Source: Eledone cirrhosa (taxonomy: Eukaryota). Taken from it: 64,000 nt of DNA. Location of the stretch: NCBI GenBank assembly GCA_964016885.1, contig CAXHJY010000154.1:62001-126000 (forward strand). Reading direction: 5' to 3'. Both the position numbers and the translations under genes were made by a program. This document shows, piece by piece, positions 25,692 through 39,510 of the stretch; position 1 is the stretch's first letter, and the number at the start of each line of letters is the position of its first letter. The notes under the pieces are model-generated. The model saw nothing but the letters and a program-made list of their open reading frames with translations. It was not told the origin of the DNA and did no database searches.

Positions 25692-26028
25692 TGGTGGCCC
25701 ATAGCTTAGTGGTTAGCGCATTGGCCTTACAATCGAAAGGTTGTGAGTTCAATTCTCAGACTGGGTGATGTGTTGTTTCCTTGAGCAAGACACTTTATTT
25801 CACATTGGTCCAGTTTATTCAGCTGTAGAAATGAGATGATAGCGACTGGGGTCCATATCATTCCACTGCAAAGTGGTCGTGGAGGTGCCATGGCAAAAAA
25901 GCACCCACCACTCACTGTAAATGAGGTTGGTGTTAGGAAGGGCATCCAACTGTAATCAAGCCAGAATCAGTTCCCATCCCACCCTTGCAAGCAGGGAAAA
26001 GCAGACGTAAAATGATGATGATGATGAT
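25692..26028 (+). mobile_element. SINE family B copy
   Basis: Colinear with 20782-21126; box B-like GAGTTCAATTCTC. Confidence 0.9.
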
Positions 26029-27096
26029 ATATATATATATATGTATGTATGCATGCATAGAAAGGGCATCGCAAAAGATCTTGTCCAGCCCATGCTGACA
26101 TGAAAAGGTGGATACAAAAATAGTGATGATGATGACAGACAAAAATTTTGGCTAACTGTTGTCTAGAAGCATTGTTGGGTAAATAAAATATTGGAATTAC
26201 AGTGATATGTTCTTTTCCAGTCACTAACAATGTATTACTGTATTAAGAAGGTGACTGGCTGGCTAGTATGACCTGTCCGTGCATGTTACTTTTTCAAAAA
26301 ACAGTCAGTCTTCACAACAAAGACTAGCTCATATGTACAGGAAGATCCAATTTTTCTTCATTATTCATTTGATAAAGAAGTTCTATCTAACTTTGAAATA
26401 ATATAAAATATAGGGCAAAAACTATTGTTTGTTTTATCATTCTTACTTCAGTTCCACCATTATATTTCCTATTCACAGTATACCAGCTTTCCCAATACAT
26501 TCTTAAGTAGATATCTCAATGTTTCATATAAACTATATTATTGTATGTTTGTACAAAGCACTGAAATCTGATTATTTAACTGAATATTAAGGAAGAACAG
26601 AACTATTAAGGAAGGAAGTCATACCAACAGTAAATAAACAGTAAATTGGGTTGTTTATAGCACAGAGATTAAATTATGTCAAAGAAGTGAAGTAACAGCA
26701 TTATAGATGAAAATCAAACATAAGCGATTTCCTTCAATCAATCAATTACATAAACACCAAGCATTTGGATTATTTGTGGATTATTTATGAGTAAATCTGG
26801 ATTTGTAGGTAACAAACATATTTTGAGTAGATTTCCTCATAATAAATGTATAATGAGTAGACATAGAAAAAACACACCACAGAAAAACAGAGAGGGTTTT
26901 ACTAGAAGACATCTACATCAGGAGTGGTAAACCTACGACATGCACACCTAAGCTGGTACACAAGAGATATAATTTTTTTGTTAGTGATTATCTATCTTAT
27001 ATCATCTCTCAGCCTGATCCATCCCTCAGCCAGTAAAATGCCTACCCCACCTAACCCATCATCCTTACCCACTCAGAAAAGCTTATAACTAAGATG

Positions 27097-27930
27097 TTTG
27101 CTTGCGATTAGTCTCGCAGAGGCACCTCTCCATCCCACCTCTTGCACACAGCACACATCCACATACCTTCTCTCCAGCATCTCCACTATTTCACCAGATC
27201 TACCTGTTAGAGTGCCAACATTAAGTGTGGCAACTCTGAGATGCTACATCTTCATATTCTTGTTCCTGTTGTGCGATTGCTTGATGATGGTCGGGGGGGT
27301 TCTCGCACATGGCCGCACCAGCCACCCCACTACCGTGCGCAGCCCTAACATGGTTAGTATTATTGCTGTTTACGCAGTTGTTGTTGTGCAATTAGTTGAT
27401 GATGGTCAGGAGGTTCGCGCATATGGCTGCACCAGCCACCCCACTACCGTGCGCAGCCCTAACATGGTTAGTGTTATTGCTGTTTACGCAGTTGTTGCAA
27501 TTCTCATTTGTTGTGCTCATAGTTTTTGGCATTAATACATACTGGTTGGATGCCCTTCCTAACACCAACACCACTTTACAGCATGGACTGGGTGCTTTTC
27601 TTCGTGCCACCAGCACTAGAGAGGTTGTCTTACTGGACTCGGGGGCCCTCTCTACCTCTCCATTTTACAGCATGGAGTAGGTGCTTTAATTTGTGCCACC
27701 AGCACTAGAGAGGTTGTTTTACTGGACTTAGGGGACTTCTCTATCCCACACCAATTTATTTGGAGTGGTAGCTTTCCTAGACAGGTTGCCTACGCTATGG
27801 CTTACGGAGCCTCTGTCCGCCCCGTGTCAGCACTGAGTGGCACTTGGTTTAACGTGTTATGTGCACGAGTGTTTAGCGTACAGTGCCAGGCATACCGGAA
27901 GGTGATAGATATAGGGAGGGTGGATGGGAT
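27097..27930 (-). mobile_element. 5' end of an RTE LINE: 5' UTR plus APE endonuclease N-terminus
   Basis: Minus strand 27240 to 27097 encodes VATLNVGTLTGRSGEIVEMLERRYVDVCCVQEVGWRGASAR; upstream lie a 115-bp tandem duplication and GGCAACCTGTCTAGGA. Confidence 0.82.
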
Positions 27931-28429
27931 GAATATATAAATAAACACCGAAAGAAGGAAATTGACAATTTTTCAACTTATCTTATCTTCTCTGTCAAAT
28001 AATCAGCCTAATGTAAAATTTTAAAAGATTTTGCATGTTTGTTTTGTGTTGCTAGGAAATGGCGATTTCCTAGCCTCTGTTATTTTAAACACGGCTATTC
28101 TATAAGATCAATTTTCCGTTACGAATATATGCACGTACACAACACACACATATATATTTTAACGTGTGTGTATATCATCATCTCCATTTAATGCCCATTT
28201 TCCCATGCTAGCATGGGTTAGACAAGTTGTCCTGTTGTGAGACAAGTCAGATCAAATGACAGTGTCTTGCTCATACAGAACTGTTTCTGGCTTGGTTTCT
28301 ATGACTGGATGCCCTTCCTAATGCCAACCACATTTACAGTGTGGACTTGTGGCTTTTTGTCATGTCCATTAGCCATAATTATTCATAATAGTCTTGAGCT
28401 CTTCTACTGTCTCCATCTCTGTGTCTTCT

Positions 28430-29720
28430 AGTAGAGCATCCACATGGGTTATTTTTTTCCCTGCCTCTACAGATTTTACCCTCAGTAGGTTGCCAGAACA
28501 CTAATTTGTTTGCCACCTCGTTATTGTGTCTCATGCACTGGCCTGTGAGTCACGTCCTACTTTATTGAACATTTAATGAAACTTTTGGAAGTTCATAATA
28601 AAGTTCTGCATTTGTTACATGGTTTCTCCATGACACATGGAATGCCATTCTCACCATTCTGGTGTAGCATCTATCTAATTGTATTTCTAAGGCTTTTATA
28701 AGTGTCCATATTTCTGCTCCACAAAGCAAAACAGATCCTACTGTAGCCAAGCCTTCTCAAGCCAAACCTACTCAAACCTTCAGTCTTCTTGATAGCTTGG
28801 AGCTCCATATCTTTCTTACTGAGAATTTTTCTGAACTTTGGTCCCAGGATCCTAGATATTTAAAGTTATCAACAACTTTCAATGTTTCTCCACATTTTAC
28901 CATTATATCAGCAGGTGCATTATGATTGAAGACTTGCAATTCCATTTTCTTCCTATTGCAATGCAATCCAGCCTTTGCTGGCTCCTGCTCTAATCTGCTT
29001 AACACTTCTTCTGCCTGATCTATCTCTTCAGTTAGCAAGGCCAGGTCATCTGCAAAGTCTAGATCTGTAACAGTAGTTGCAGGATGTGGTCTGCTTCTTT
29101 GTTTGTGTAGTATGAAGCCAAACTCTATTTCTGTCATCATATGTAGTCCAAAACAATTATAAAAAGGAAAGGGGCTCGAGTGTTGCCTTGCAGGACTCTT
29201 GCTATTATTTTAAAATAGTTGATTTCATCATCATGACTAATAACTCTTACTCTGGTGCCTTCATACATTTTGCTAATTGCTCCAAGTAATTCTTGTGTGA
29301 TTCCATAAGCTTTTAGAATTTTCATCATCTTTCCTCTGTGCACAGAGTGAAAAGCTTTCTTGAAGTCTACATAGATAATGATGATGATGATACTATAAAA
29401 TAGTTCTGCATCAAAATCACAGATAATGATGTCCTTTCTCTTGTGACTATTCACATCTTCAATCACTAACATGTGAAACAATTTTGATTTGGCCTAAGGA
29501 GGTCATCAATTGTGGGTTGGATCCTATTCAATATCATCTTATTTACTGTCTTGGCAACAATAGACGATAGGCTAATCCTTTGATAATTCCCAGTTTCACT
29601 TAGGGCTCCAGATTTGGGTAGGGAGAGCATGTCAATTTAGGACCATAGCTTGGGTTTCAGGTTCTCATTTAGAAGACTGTTAGTAAATTTGAGAATTATG
29701 CTATCTAGATGACTTAATTA
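28430..29720 (-). mobile_element. Degenerate RTE-clade LINE of a different family
   Basis: VDFKKAFHSVHR, VLQGNTRAPFLF, DLDFADDLALL, VDNFKYLGS, LLCGAEIW; no PHD insert. Confidence 0.9.
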
Positions 29721-29757
29721 GCAGCGGAGGAGTGTGCTCTGAGAGCATAATAGCTAG

Positions 29758-30245
29758 GATAAGGATAAGATGGAAGAAGTTTAGAGAGCTACTCCCACTG
29801 TTGACAACAAAAGGTTTCTCCCTAAGTACAAAAGGATGGCGGCATGATGCTTGTGTGTGAAGTGCAATGCAACATGGTGGTGAAACATGTGACTACAGAG
29901 GACATGCATAGGCTGGATAGAAATGAAGCAACCATCCTACGTTGGATGTGCAATGTAAATGTGAGAGAAAGGCAGAACTTGGATGAAATGAGGGAAACAT
30001 TTGGTTTAAGAGGAATCTGAAGTGATGTACAAGAAAGAAGATTGCTTTGGTACAGACATGTGGTGACTGATGGGTGAAGAAGTCCAAGGAAATCCCAGTG
30101 GAAGGAAGCCACAGTAGAGGTAGACCAAGGAAGACCTGGGCGGAAGGGATAAGAGCTGATCTCAAATTGGTGAGACTCGTAGAGGAGATGATGAAGGAAC
30201 GCAGCGAGTAGGGAGATGCTGTGCTGAAAAAGACTCATCCAACCC
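29758..30245 (+). mobile_element. RTE C-terminal fragment
   Basis: WKKFRELLPLLTTKGFS, LDRNEATILRWMC, GRPRKTW. Confidence 0.88.
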
Positions 30246-30277
30246 ATCTGAGAATAGAAAAATGAACATAAAAACGA

Positions 30278-30434
<157 letters not shown>

Positions 30435-31720
30435 AAATCCCAATCAAAAGAAGACCTGGACAGAATTAGCTGGTATTCTTTAAAGCACCAGCTCTAAAAA
30501 GGCTTGTTCAAAAAGATAACTAGATAGGTTTGTCAAAGATATTCATAATTATTACTGTTGTCATCATCATCATTGTTATCATTTTCCTCCTCTTCTTAAC
30601 TTACCCTTTTCAAATTCTTGATTATTTTCAAAATTATTTAGGAACCATAACAGTGTCCTTCATTAGAAATGTAGTAACAAAAGGGCTAGCCCTCTCTACC
30701 AATATTAGGTATACCATCCAAATATCAGTTTGGAAATTTATTTACCTTGGGTAAAATGTTGCCTTTTTAAAACTATTCACAATAATACATGCAGTCTTGA
30801 TATCTAAAAGTTAAAGCCTTTCTCATGCCTGGAGGTTCATCAGGCTGAAACTGTGAATCAGTCCCATGACCTTGCAATTATAAGCCCAACGCCCTAACCA
30901 CTAGGCCATGTACTTTCATTGTATTAGATATGCTGTTCTATATCTCACTTGTTATTCTGATACCTAGACAGATGATGATAGTACTATATGGTGCATTGTA
31001 GATGGTTTAATGTCAACAAAAGGTATCGATTTGGCAGAGTTATTAGATCGTTAAATAGAATGCTTTGTGGTATTTATTCTGGCTCTCTGTGTGTTGAGTT
31101 CAAAACCCACTGAAGACAACTTTGTCTTTCATCCTTTTGAGGCTGATAAAATAAGCACTAGTCCAGTACTGAAGCTAATTCTTTCTCTATAACCCATTCT
31201 TACTTCCTCTCTATCATTCTCTCTCTCCTTTTTTGGAAGAAATTAGCTGTGTTCAGATCTGGAGAGGAGATGGACTCTGCCAGGATTAAAATACCCATGA
31301 CATGCCATATATCACAATGGCACACCCATGACTCCATCAGTAGTTAGAGGTTCATATATACATACAATGTATACATATACTTGATATTGTCTTTGCACTA
31401 CAATAACCTGTATTTCCAATTAATATTTTTGTTAGTGAGATTATTTTCTTGCTTGCAAAACATACATAAACAACTTTTTTTCTTTTACATAAAGTAAACC
31501 TATCATGGTGGACACTTTTGCCGCTATTGGTCCCCTGGACCACCTTCCTGCTTACTGTTTATTATTTCACTATCCTCTAGGGTAGTGTTTTCTCTATCCT
31601 ATCTACTGGGACCATGATGCTGATTGAGCATGGGGTCTGCACACCAAAGAGTAATCTCTGACATTGTTCAGGCATATACTGTTGAGGTAGTGATAGTAGA
31701 GGTTGCTGATATTTATGCTT

Positions 31721-31754
<34 letters not shown>

Positions 31755-32728
31755 GTACATATAAATTCTTTGCTAATTTGGTTACTATATCTAACAACTG
31801 ATTTGTTGAACCCATTATTTATGAACTGATTACACACTATTGAAGTCCTGCCTAATGCATTCCTACATACTGTGAATGAGGGCAGTTTTCTGATTCTGCT
31901 GAAAATTAATGTTCTCTTGTTACTACTAACTACTTTCAGTTAAAACACACTTTGAATTGGCAGTGCCGTTAGAGCATCAGATTAAGCTTTGTTATTTGTT
32001 CCTGGTCTTTGTGTCCTGAGTTCAAATCCTGAGTGGAAAATACCTAACTTTAAAGCAGCAAGACTCGATGAAAAAGATACAAAGATATTCATAATCATCA
32101 TTGTTATCATCGTCGTCATCTTTTTCCTCTGACTCCTCCTTTTCCTCCACTTCCCCAACCCAATAAAGAGAAATTTAGTTATATTACTCAATCCCTCAAA
32201 TTTTTTGATTATTTTCTAAATTATTTGAAAACTATAATGACTGTCTTTCATTAGAAATATAGTCATGAAAGGGTTAATTGTATTTATCATATTTGCTTCT
32301 CTTCTTGCCCACAACATTTTTATCCAATACTTCCTCAATAGAAGTAGATATTTTCTTCAGCAACTTCTTCAACAATACAATCTATTCATTAATTTCACAA
32401 ATCTCCCACTCTCTATGTAGCCTAGATTGATTTGTAGGATTAGGCCTATTCATCAGTTTAACAACTTTCCCACTCTATGCTACATAGCTGTGTGGTACTA
32501 AATCTATTCATTAGTTTAACCCCCCCCCCCCCCCCACACACACACACACACACTCTATCCTCCAAAGATGTTTGGTACTAAAATCTATTCCTTAGTTTAA
32601 CAAACCTGCCACTCTATCATAGATATATTTTTGTGCTATTGAATCTATTCATTAACTATACAAGCACCCCACTCTATATTTTACGTAGATTTGTAGGACT
32701 AAATAGAGATCCATCCTTCTTTCTTCGA

Positions 32729-33358
32729 TTAACCCTTTTGATACCAAACTGCTTGAAACTGCCTGTGATTTTGATGCAGAACTATTTTATAGTATCATCA
32801 TCATCATCATCATTTTACGTCCGCTTTTCCCTGCTTGCAAGGGTGGGATGGGAACTGATTCTGGCTTGATACTACAACTGGATACTCTTCCTAACACCAA
32901 CCTCATTTACAGTGAGTGCTGGGTGCTTTTTTTCTGTGGCGCCTACACATCCACTTTACAGTGTGGGCTGGGTGCTTTTTTGCCGTGGCACCTCCACGAC
33001 CACTTTGCAGTGGAATGATAGGGACTCCAGTCCTATCATGTCATTTCTACAGCTGAGTAAACTGGAGCAATGTAAAATAAAGTGCCTTGCTCAAGGAAAC
33101 AACACATCACCCGGTCTGAGAATTGAACTCACAACTTTTCGATTGCAAGGTTCTAACCACTAAGCCATGTGCCTCCATGTATATTCATCTAAAACCCTTC
33201 CTTCATAATTTTATGTAAGAACCTTTCTTAAGTTAGATCCCAAACACCAGCTTTATAATGAGAATGTTAGTTATATTACCAAATCTCTCCAAATTCTTGA
33301 TAATTTTCAAAGCATTTTGGAAATCATAGACAGTGCCTTTTTAAAAAAAATATGGTAA
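32729..33358 (-). mobile_element. P1 MITE interrupted by a SINE family B copy (about 32793-33178, minus strand)
   Basis: TTAA-CCCTTTTGATACCA end; MITE sequence resumes after the SINE. Confidence 0.8.
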
Positions 33359-35539
33359 TTTGTAAACTAGTTTATGATAAAACTGATGGAGAAAATTTAG
33401 AAAAAAAAAAATCTAATATAGACTTTTTAAATAGAAAGAAATGTGTGGTTGACCCAATCCTGGTATATTTCTACTTGAATTAAAAAAAAATAAAGCACCA
33501 CCTGCATCAATTGCACTGCCTGCATCAACTGCTCTGCTTTCAATAGAAGCAATATATTCTAAAGGGCTTCAAAAACAGCTTTGTTAAAAATAGTATACAC
33601 CTGCTTAGCAAATGTAGTTATCTTGAAATTTGTAATGGGTCATTACTCCTTTGAATGAATGTCTTTCATTAGCAACATTAGTCTAAATTGTAGACTACTA
33701 TTTACAATTTAAAGCTCCGCTTGATCTATTGATAACTGAACTAAAGAAATATTATAACACTTGTATATCACTGATGAACTTCGTTTGTTTCTATTTAGAT
33801 TCTATTAATAATAAATAAATATTAGCTTTCCAGATAATCATGATGTTGCTTATAAATGTCAGATTCGTGTGAATCTGTCGATTTTAAAGTTAGGAACACT
33901 CTGGGGATTACTATACTCTTCAGCAGTTTCGTTAAACTTTCATAGGCCACAAATTAACAGTTGTTAAAATATAGGACAAAACACATTGCAGTATTATGGG
34001 TCTCTGTATCCTGAGTTCAGATCCAGCTGCAGTCAACTTTGCCTGCTCTCCTTTCAGAGTTGATAAAAAATGCACCAGTCCAGTGAGGTGGATTGGCAGA
34101 ATTGTTAGAATATCAAGTGGGCTGCCTTGTGGTATTTATTTTGGCTCTTAGCATTCTGAGTTCGAATCTTGCCGTGTCCAACTTTAGTTATAGACGTAAT
34201 CGGTCATTTGGTTTAACACTACCACCAGGCCCTTGAGTGTCTTTAGTAAAGTCTGCTCTGTTGCAATCATATAAAACAGGCCTCTGGTTTGAGGATACCT
34301 TCCTCTCTTCCTCCCACCTTTTTCTGAAGCCACGAAAAATGTCATGGGAACTGCCCTCCCTTTTCTGACTAAAGAGTACTAAAAGAAAAAAAAGTAAGTC
34401 TGCTCAATATTTTATGTTATTATCACTAAAAACATGTGAAACAATAGTAATGGTTAATCATCATTATCATCATAATCACTGGATCAGGTGGATTGGCAGT
34501 ATCGGTAGAGGGTCAGACGCCATGTAGAAACTTAAGGAAAAAAATTATATCTCAGAATTTAGCTGATCTTTTCATCCTGATATTTTTTATATACTGCTGG
34601 TGTCATGATAAAATGCACGCCAGTACACTCTGTAAAGTGGTTGGCGTTAGGAAGGGCATCCAGCTGTAGAAATCATGCCAAAAGGGTAGAGAGGACTCTT
34701 CATTTGTATTAAGGAGATGACAATCTCTCTAGATCTCATATTATGATAAAATGCACCTAGTATACCCTGTAAGGTAGTTGACATTAGGAAGGGCATCCAG
34801 CTATAGAAACCATCCCAAAATGGGTCATATCTGAGCATGATGTGGTTGTTTGACCTGTCAAGTAGGATAGTAGTCCTAATTAAGTTCTGGCATGAAATAT
34901 AATGACCTGTTCAACGCATGCCAGTATAGAAAAGCTGACTGATGATAAGGATTAAGGAAGGAGCATGTAAAACACTGCTTTCTCTCTTAGAGACTAAATT
35001 ATCTATGGTGATTATATTTTTGCTTTAATGACTCATATCAGTGTCTTAAGCTGCATTCTACTTCCATGGATTCGATTTCAAGCATATTCATTATCATTAT
35101 CATCATTGACTGCAGTAGCAGCTCTCATAATCAGTTGTCATCTCAAGATAATGTACTGTAGAGAGGACCCTTTAATACTGTTGAGATCATGACTACTTCT
35201 TTAGTGTTGGTGCCATGATAAAAGGCACTAGTACACTCTGTAAAGTGGTTGAAGATCAGACAGATACTGTATAGGGTACACAGGACTCTTCAATCTTGCC
35301 CAGTACCTGATAACTTTTCTAAGGCTGATACCATGATAAAATGCATCTAGCACACTCTGTAAAGTGGTTGACATTAGAGAGGGCAAACTGACATAGAAAC
35401 CATACCAAAAGGACAGATCCTGAACACTATAGATCTTACCTGAAATCAGACCTGGACACAATGCAGCAATGGATTACGGACTGGCAACTCAGCTGACTGT
35501 AGACAAGTGTACATTTTGGACATTGGGCTTTTCCTCCCA

Positions 35540-35760
35540 ACAACAACCCTGAGCACCTTTTTGAATTCCATGTGTCTAACACCTGTGGGCATGCCTACAA
35601 AGTCAGAAAACAGCACAGCTCCCATGACTTTCGGAAACATTTTTTCATGCTCAGAGTTGCTGAAGTATGGAACAAACTATCTGCATCAGCAGTTAGCTGC
35701 TGGGACACTGCATCTTTTAAAACCTCTATGCTTCCTGAAATTTGCCAACACTACACCTGA
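35540..35760 (+). mobile_element. CR1-clade LINE ORF2 C-terminal fragment
   Basis: GHAYKVRKQHSSHDFRKHFFMLRVAEVWNKL...ASFK fits the CR1 pattern RGH..K...R.HFFS.RVV..WN.LP...FK. Confidence 0.8.
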
Positions 35761-36735
35761 TATCCCCCCTCCATACACACGCACACATGTATATCATGAT
35801 TCATATGGTCTGAGTTCAAATCCCACCAAGGTTAATTTTGCCTTTCATCCTTACGGGGTCGATAAAATAAAGTACCAGTAATACACTGTGATAATTGCTG
35901 GCCTTGTGCCAATAGTAGAAACAATTATTCTATGTACTATACATGCACCTTTGATGAGTTGTAGTGCACCTGAGCACTGTACACAATAATTTCATTATAT
36001 TAAACATAGAATATATGAGCAAGACATAGTTCTCCAAGCAGTCTGGTCTCAGACTTTGATGACCTGTCCAATCCATGTTAGTGTGAGAAATGGCTATAAA
36101 ATGATGATTATGCCATTGTTGTTGCTGTTGTCGCCATTATGTGTTCAGATGATTAAACATGGTCATCTGTCGAATTTGCATATTAGCTGCATATTACTTG
36201 TAAACTCTATATAATTCTATTTTCTAATATTTATTTCATCCTAATTCCATCTGTTTACAATATTTTACAATTGATATTTCTTTATATCAGAAAGATAAGC
36301 TCTGCAGTAGTTCTTTGAGACAGAAAATGCTTCTTCTATATTCATAAGGAAAGCAAATTTGCCATTGTTGATGTCTGCAAAGCTTTAACTGTGTTTGGCA
36401 AGGAAATATCCAGCAAATTTTCTATAAATCATAATTATAACTTTAATCTGATGCTTGTTCTGGGCTGACATTTCTTAACATTTTCTAAACATCATCTCCA
36501 TCGAAGCATTGTTTGTGGAACTCTCTTCAGCTGTTTTAAAGTGTTTATGTTTATAAAAAACACCTTCCATCATAATTTTCTGTCATAACCTATGTTAAGT
36601 TATGTTCAAAACACTAGTTTAATAATGAGAAAATTATGTTACTAAGTCCTTCCAAATTCCTGATTATTTTCAGTTATTTGAAAATCATAGGCAGTGTCTG
36701 ATTAGAAATATGGTAATGAAAGGGTTAAAGATCTT

Positions 36736-37550
36736 TCATCATCATCATCATCATCATTTTACGTCTGCTCTTCCCTGCTTGCAAGGGTGGGACAGCATCT
36801 CTCAACTTGTCACGGTCCTTCGTCATCTCCACCGTGAGCTTCAACGATCTGAGGTCTGTTCTCACCACCTCCGCCCATGTTTTTCGTGGTCTACCTCTAC
36901 CACGTCTTCCTTCAACTGGCATTTCCTGGCACTTCTTCACCCATCGGTCATCCTCCATGCGCATCACATATCCATACCACCTCGGTCTCCTCTCCTGTAC
37001 ACTACATTCTATCCCTCTCAGACACATTTTCTCTCTCAACACATTCATGCTGGGTCGTTCACGCACATTGACACTGCACATCCAACGGAGCATGCTTGCC
37101 TCATTTCTCTCCAGCCGTCGCATATCCTCTGCAGTTGCTGCCCATGTCTCACTACCATGCAGCATCGCGCTCCTCACACAGGCATCATATAACCGGCCTT
37201 TCATACGCAGGGAGAAACCCTTCTTCGTCAGCAGAGGAAGCAGCTCCCTAAACTTCTTCCAATCCATCCTTATTCTAGATACTATGGCCTCGGAACACCC
37301 CCCTCCCATGCTAATCTGATCTCCTAGGTACCGGAAGCTATCCACCACTTCTATAGCACCCGCCTGCATTTGAAAAATGTGTCTATCAATGCGACTTCTA
37401 CTGTCTAAATTCCCTGTACATCTACTGCATACATATTTCTCCCTACCTGTTAGTTTGCCTGCTATCCCACTACATCTCTTGTGTACCCAGGATCTGTATT
37501 GTGTGCATTTTATAGAATTTATGCCAGTTCCTTTTCTGCATATCTTTGTA
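36736..37550 (-). mobile_element. 5'-truncated RTE copy (PHD finger plus RT C-terminus)
   Basis: Open ORF with WVHKRCSGI..CSRC, VDSFRYLG, LHGSETW and GRPRKTW; short 3' end with (GAT)n tail. Confidence 0.93.
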
Positions 37551-39119
37551 GTTAAATATAAATAATCTACTATACTCCACAAAACTGGCTTGTAACTGAG
37601 TAGTAATATTAATTTTCTTCATATATCTAAAGAACCACCCAGCTTCTATGATATAAATATTGTTTTAAATTGTTCATATTTGAATTTAAATAATCCCCCA
37701 ATTTTATGTAAGAATTTATTGTTGCATTCTAAACACAATTTCAATAATAAAATAGGTATTTTACTAAATTCTTGATTATATTCCAAATTAACTGAAACAC
37801 ATGGATATTATATTTCTTGAGAAATATAGTCATGTTAGATTAAGAAAGTAGTGAAAGCTTGTTTTTGTGATATGGAACTTCATTTGCTACTTTTCCACGT
37901 CAATTCTTTCTATGTAAATAGGAAGATGTTAAAAATCATCTGTCTTCTTATTGTTCACAATAAGATCCTTGATCTTTTTGCTGTTGATAGATTGTTTTTA
38001 GCTCATCACATCACTAGATCTGAAGTGGCACTGGTAAAAGTCAAGCATTCCATTGTGTTACCAACTGAAAACTTGATATTAATAGAATTGGGGTTAAGGA
38101 AGTCAGTAGAGAGCATATAGAGTAATAGACAGCTGTGTTTAACCCTTTCAATACCAACTCACTTAAGTCTGCCTGCATTAAAATATTCACCATCTTATGG
38201 GAAGATTTTAGAGAAGATTAAAAAAAAACTACAGCTATCACTTACAATTGAATATGACTTGGTAGTATATACCATACTTCCGCCAAGAGTTTTAGGTGCT
38301 ATGCAATTGTGAGTAGATACAAACACACAGTTAACTCTCCCTCCCTTGATCCTACAGAACATCAAGGATATGACACCTGGAAGGAGAATTGTTGCTCCAA
38401 TACTGAGCTGGTAGTTTCTTTATTGACCCCAAAAGGATGAAAGGTGAAGTGAATTATGATGGGATTTTAACTCAGAATGCAAAGACCAATAAGTTGTGTA
38501 TGGTGTGTTGAATATATACACAGGCCATGTGCAAGTAAGAATGTGACTCTGCATTAATAATATTCAGCTCTGTAAATGAAATAGCTGAGTGTTCAGATAG
38601 GGTCAATGTGAATTAATGTTTTCTTATGATTCTCTACTCTGAAATGATAGTGGACATGGGGTAGCAAAACACTATTTTATCATCATGAATTTAAGTGAAC
38701 ATTAGACAAATGAATTTTACATGCTATCTGAATATTTCTAATTCAAGTAAAAAAAAACATTCAGGAATGGCATTTTTTTTATTTATTTGGTCCAGGTGCT
38801 TCTACTAGGAAGGTATGTTGAGATAGATAAAGTTGATGATCTGTAGCATGGTGTGAGGCCTGTAGTAGTGTCATGTTACAGACATTGAGAGTATTTGCAA
38901 CTCTATAAATCCACTGCTGGTGTGGTCTTCCTCTGGCTCTAAAACCTTAGTACTTGGTGTTATAGGCTTCCAGAGCCAGTTGGTTAATTGGCATTCTAAT
39001 CAGGTAATCAATGATATATTGTTGAGCTATGAACTGGTTGATAGGTATGGCACCAACCATCTACTTCATGTCTTTGTTTCTGATCTGGCCCCTTCTTATT
39101 TTGCCAGCTGCTTGCCAGA

Positions 39120-39510
39120 GACATCGCATCTCACAAGTTGTATGTTTTCACTCCAGGGTGACACAAGTAGGTGTGTGTGGGAACTAAGATTGAGCTGACC
39201 AGTTTGGCTTTCGTCTCCAATGTATGCTTGGGTTCTTCAGAAGAGGTGCTGGTTGACAGCTGAGTTTGCCTTCTGGGCTTCATTTCTCTGTCCAACCTCC
39301 CAGCCTCAATAAAGATGCTCCCTAAGTATGTGATCCCTGTGGTTTGCTTGAGCAGTTGTCCATTGATGGTAATATCTAGCTCTTCAGAAGTATGCCCTAC
39401 TGACATCACTTCTGTGTTCTGTGCTAACCTTCATTCCATAGTATTCACAGCTGCTATTCAGACTGTCTGTATATTTTAATAACTGTTCCTTGTTTTCAAC
39501 CAGGATGAGC
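39120..39510 (-). mobile_element. Old RTE-like fragment
   Basis: ITINGQLLKQTTGITYLGSIF...KAKLVSSILVPT. Confidence 0.7.

Noticed and set aside
33771-33800. Other CTGANGA hits (33771, 30837 minus, 47791 minus, 50547)
   Set aside because: They lack a closing stem II-GAAA-NUH and stem I pairing.
36807-37319. Long ORFs antisense to RTE or transposase sequence (also 45550-46050, 9501-9833)
   Set aside because: They are shadow frames of the true coding strand.
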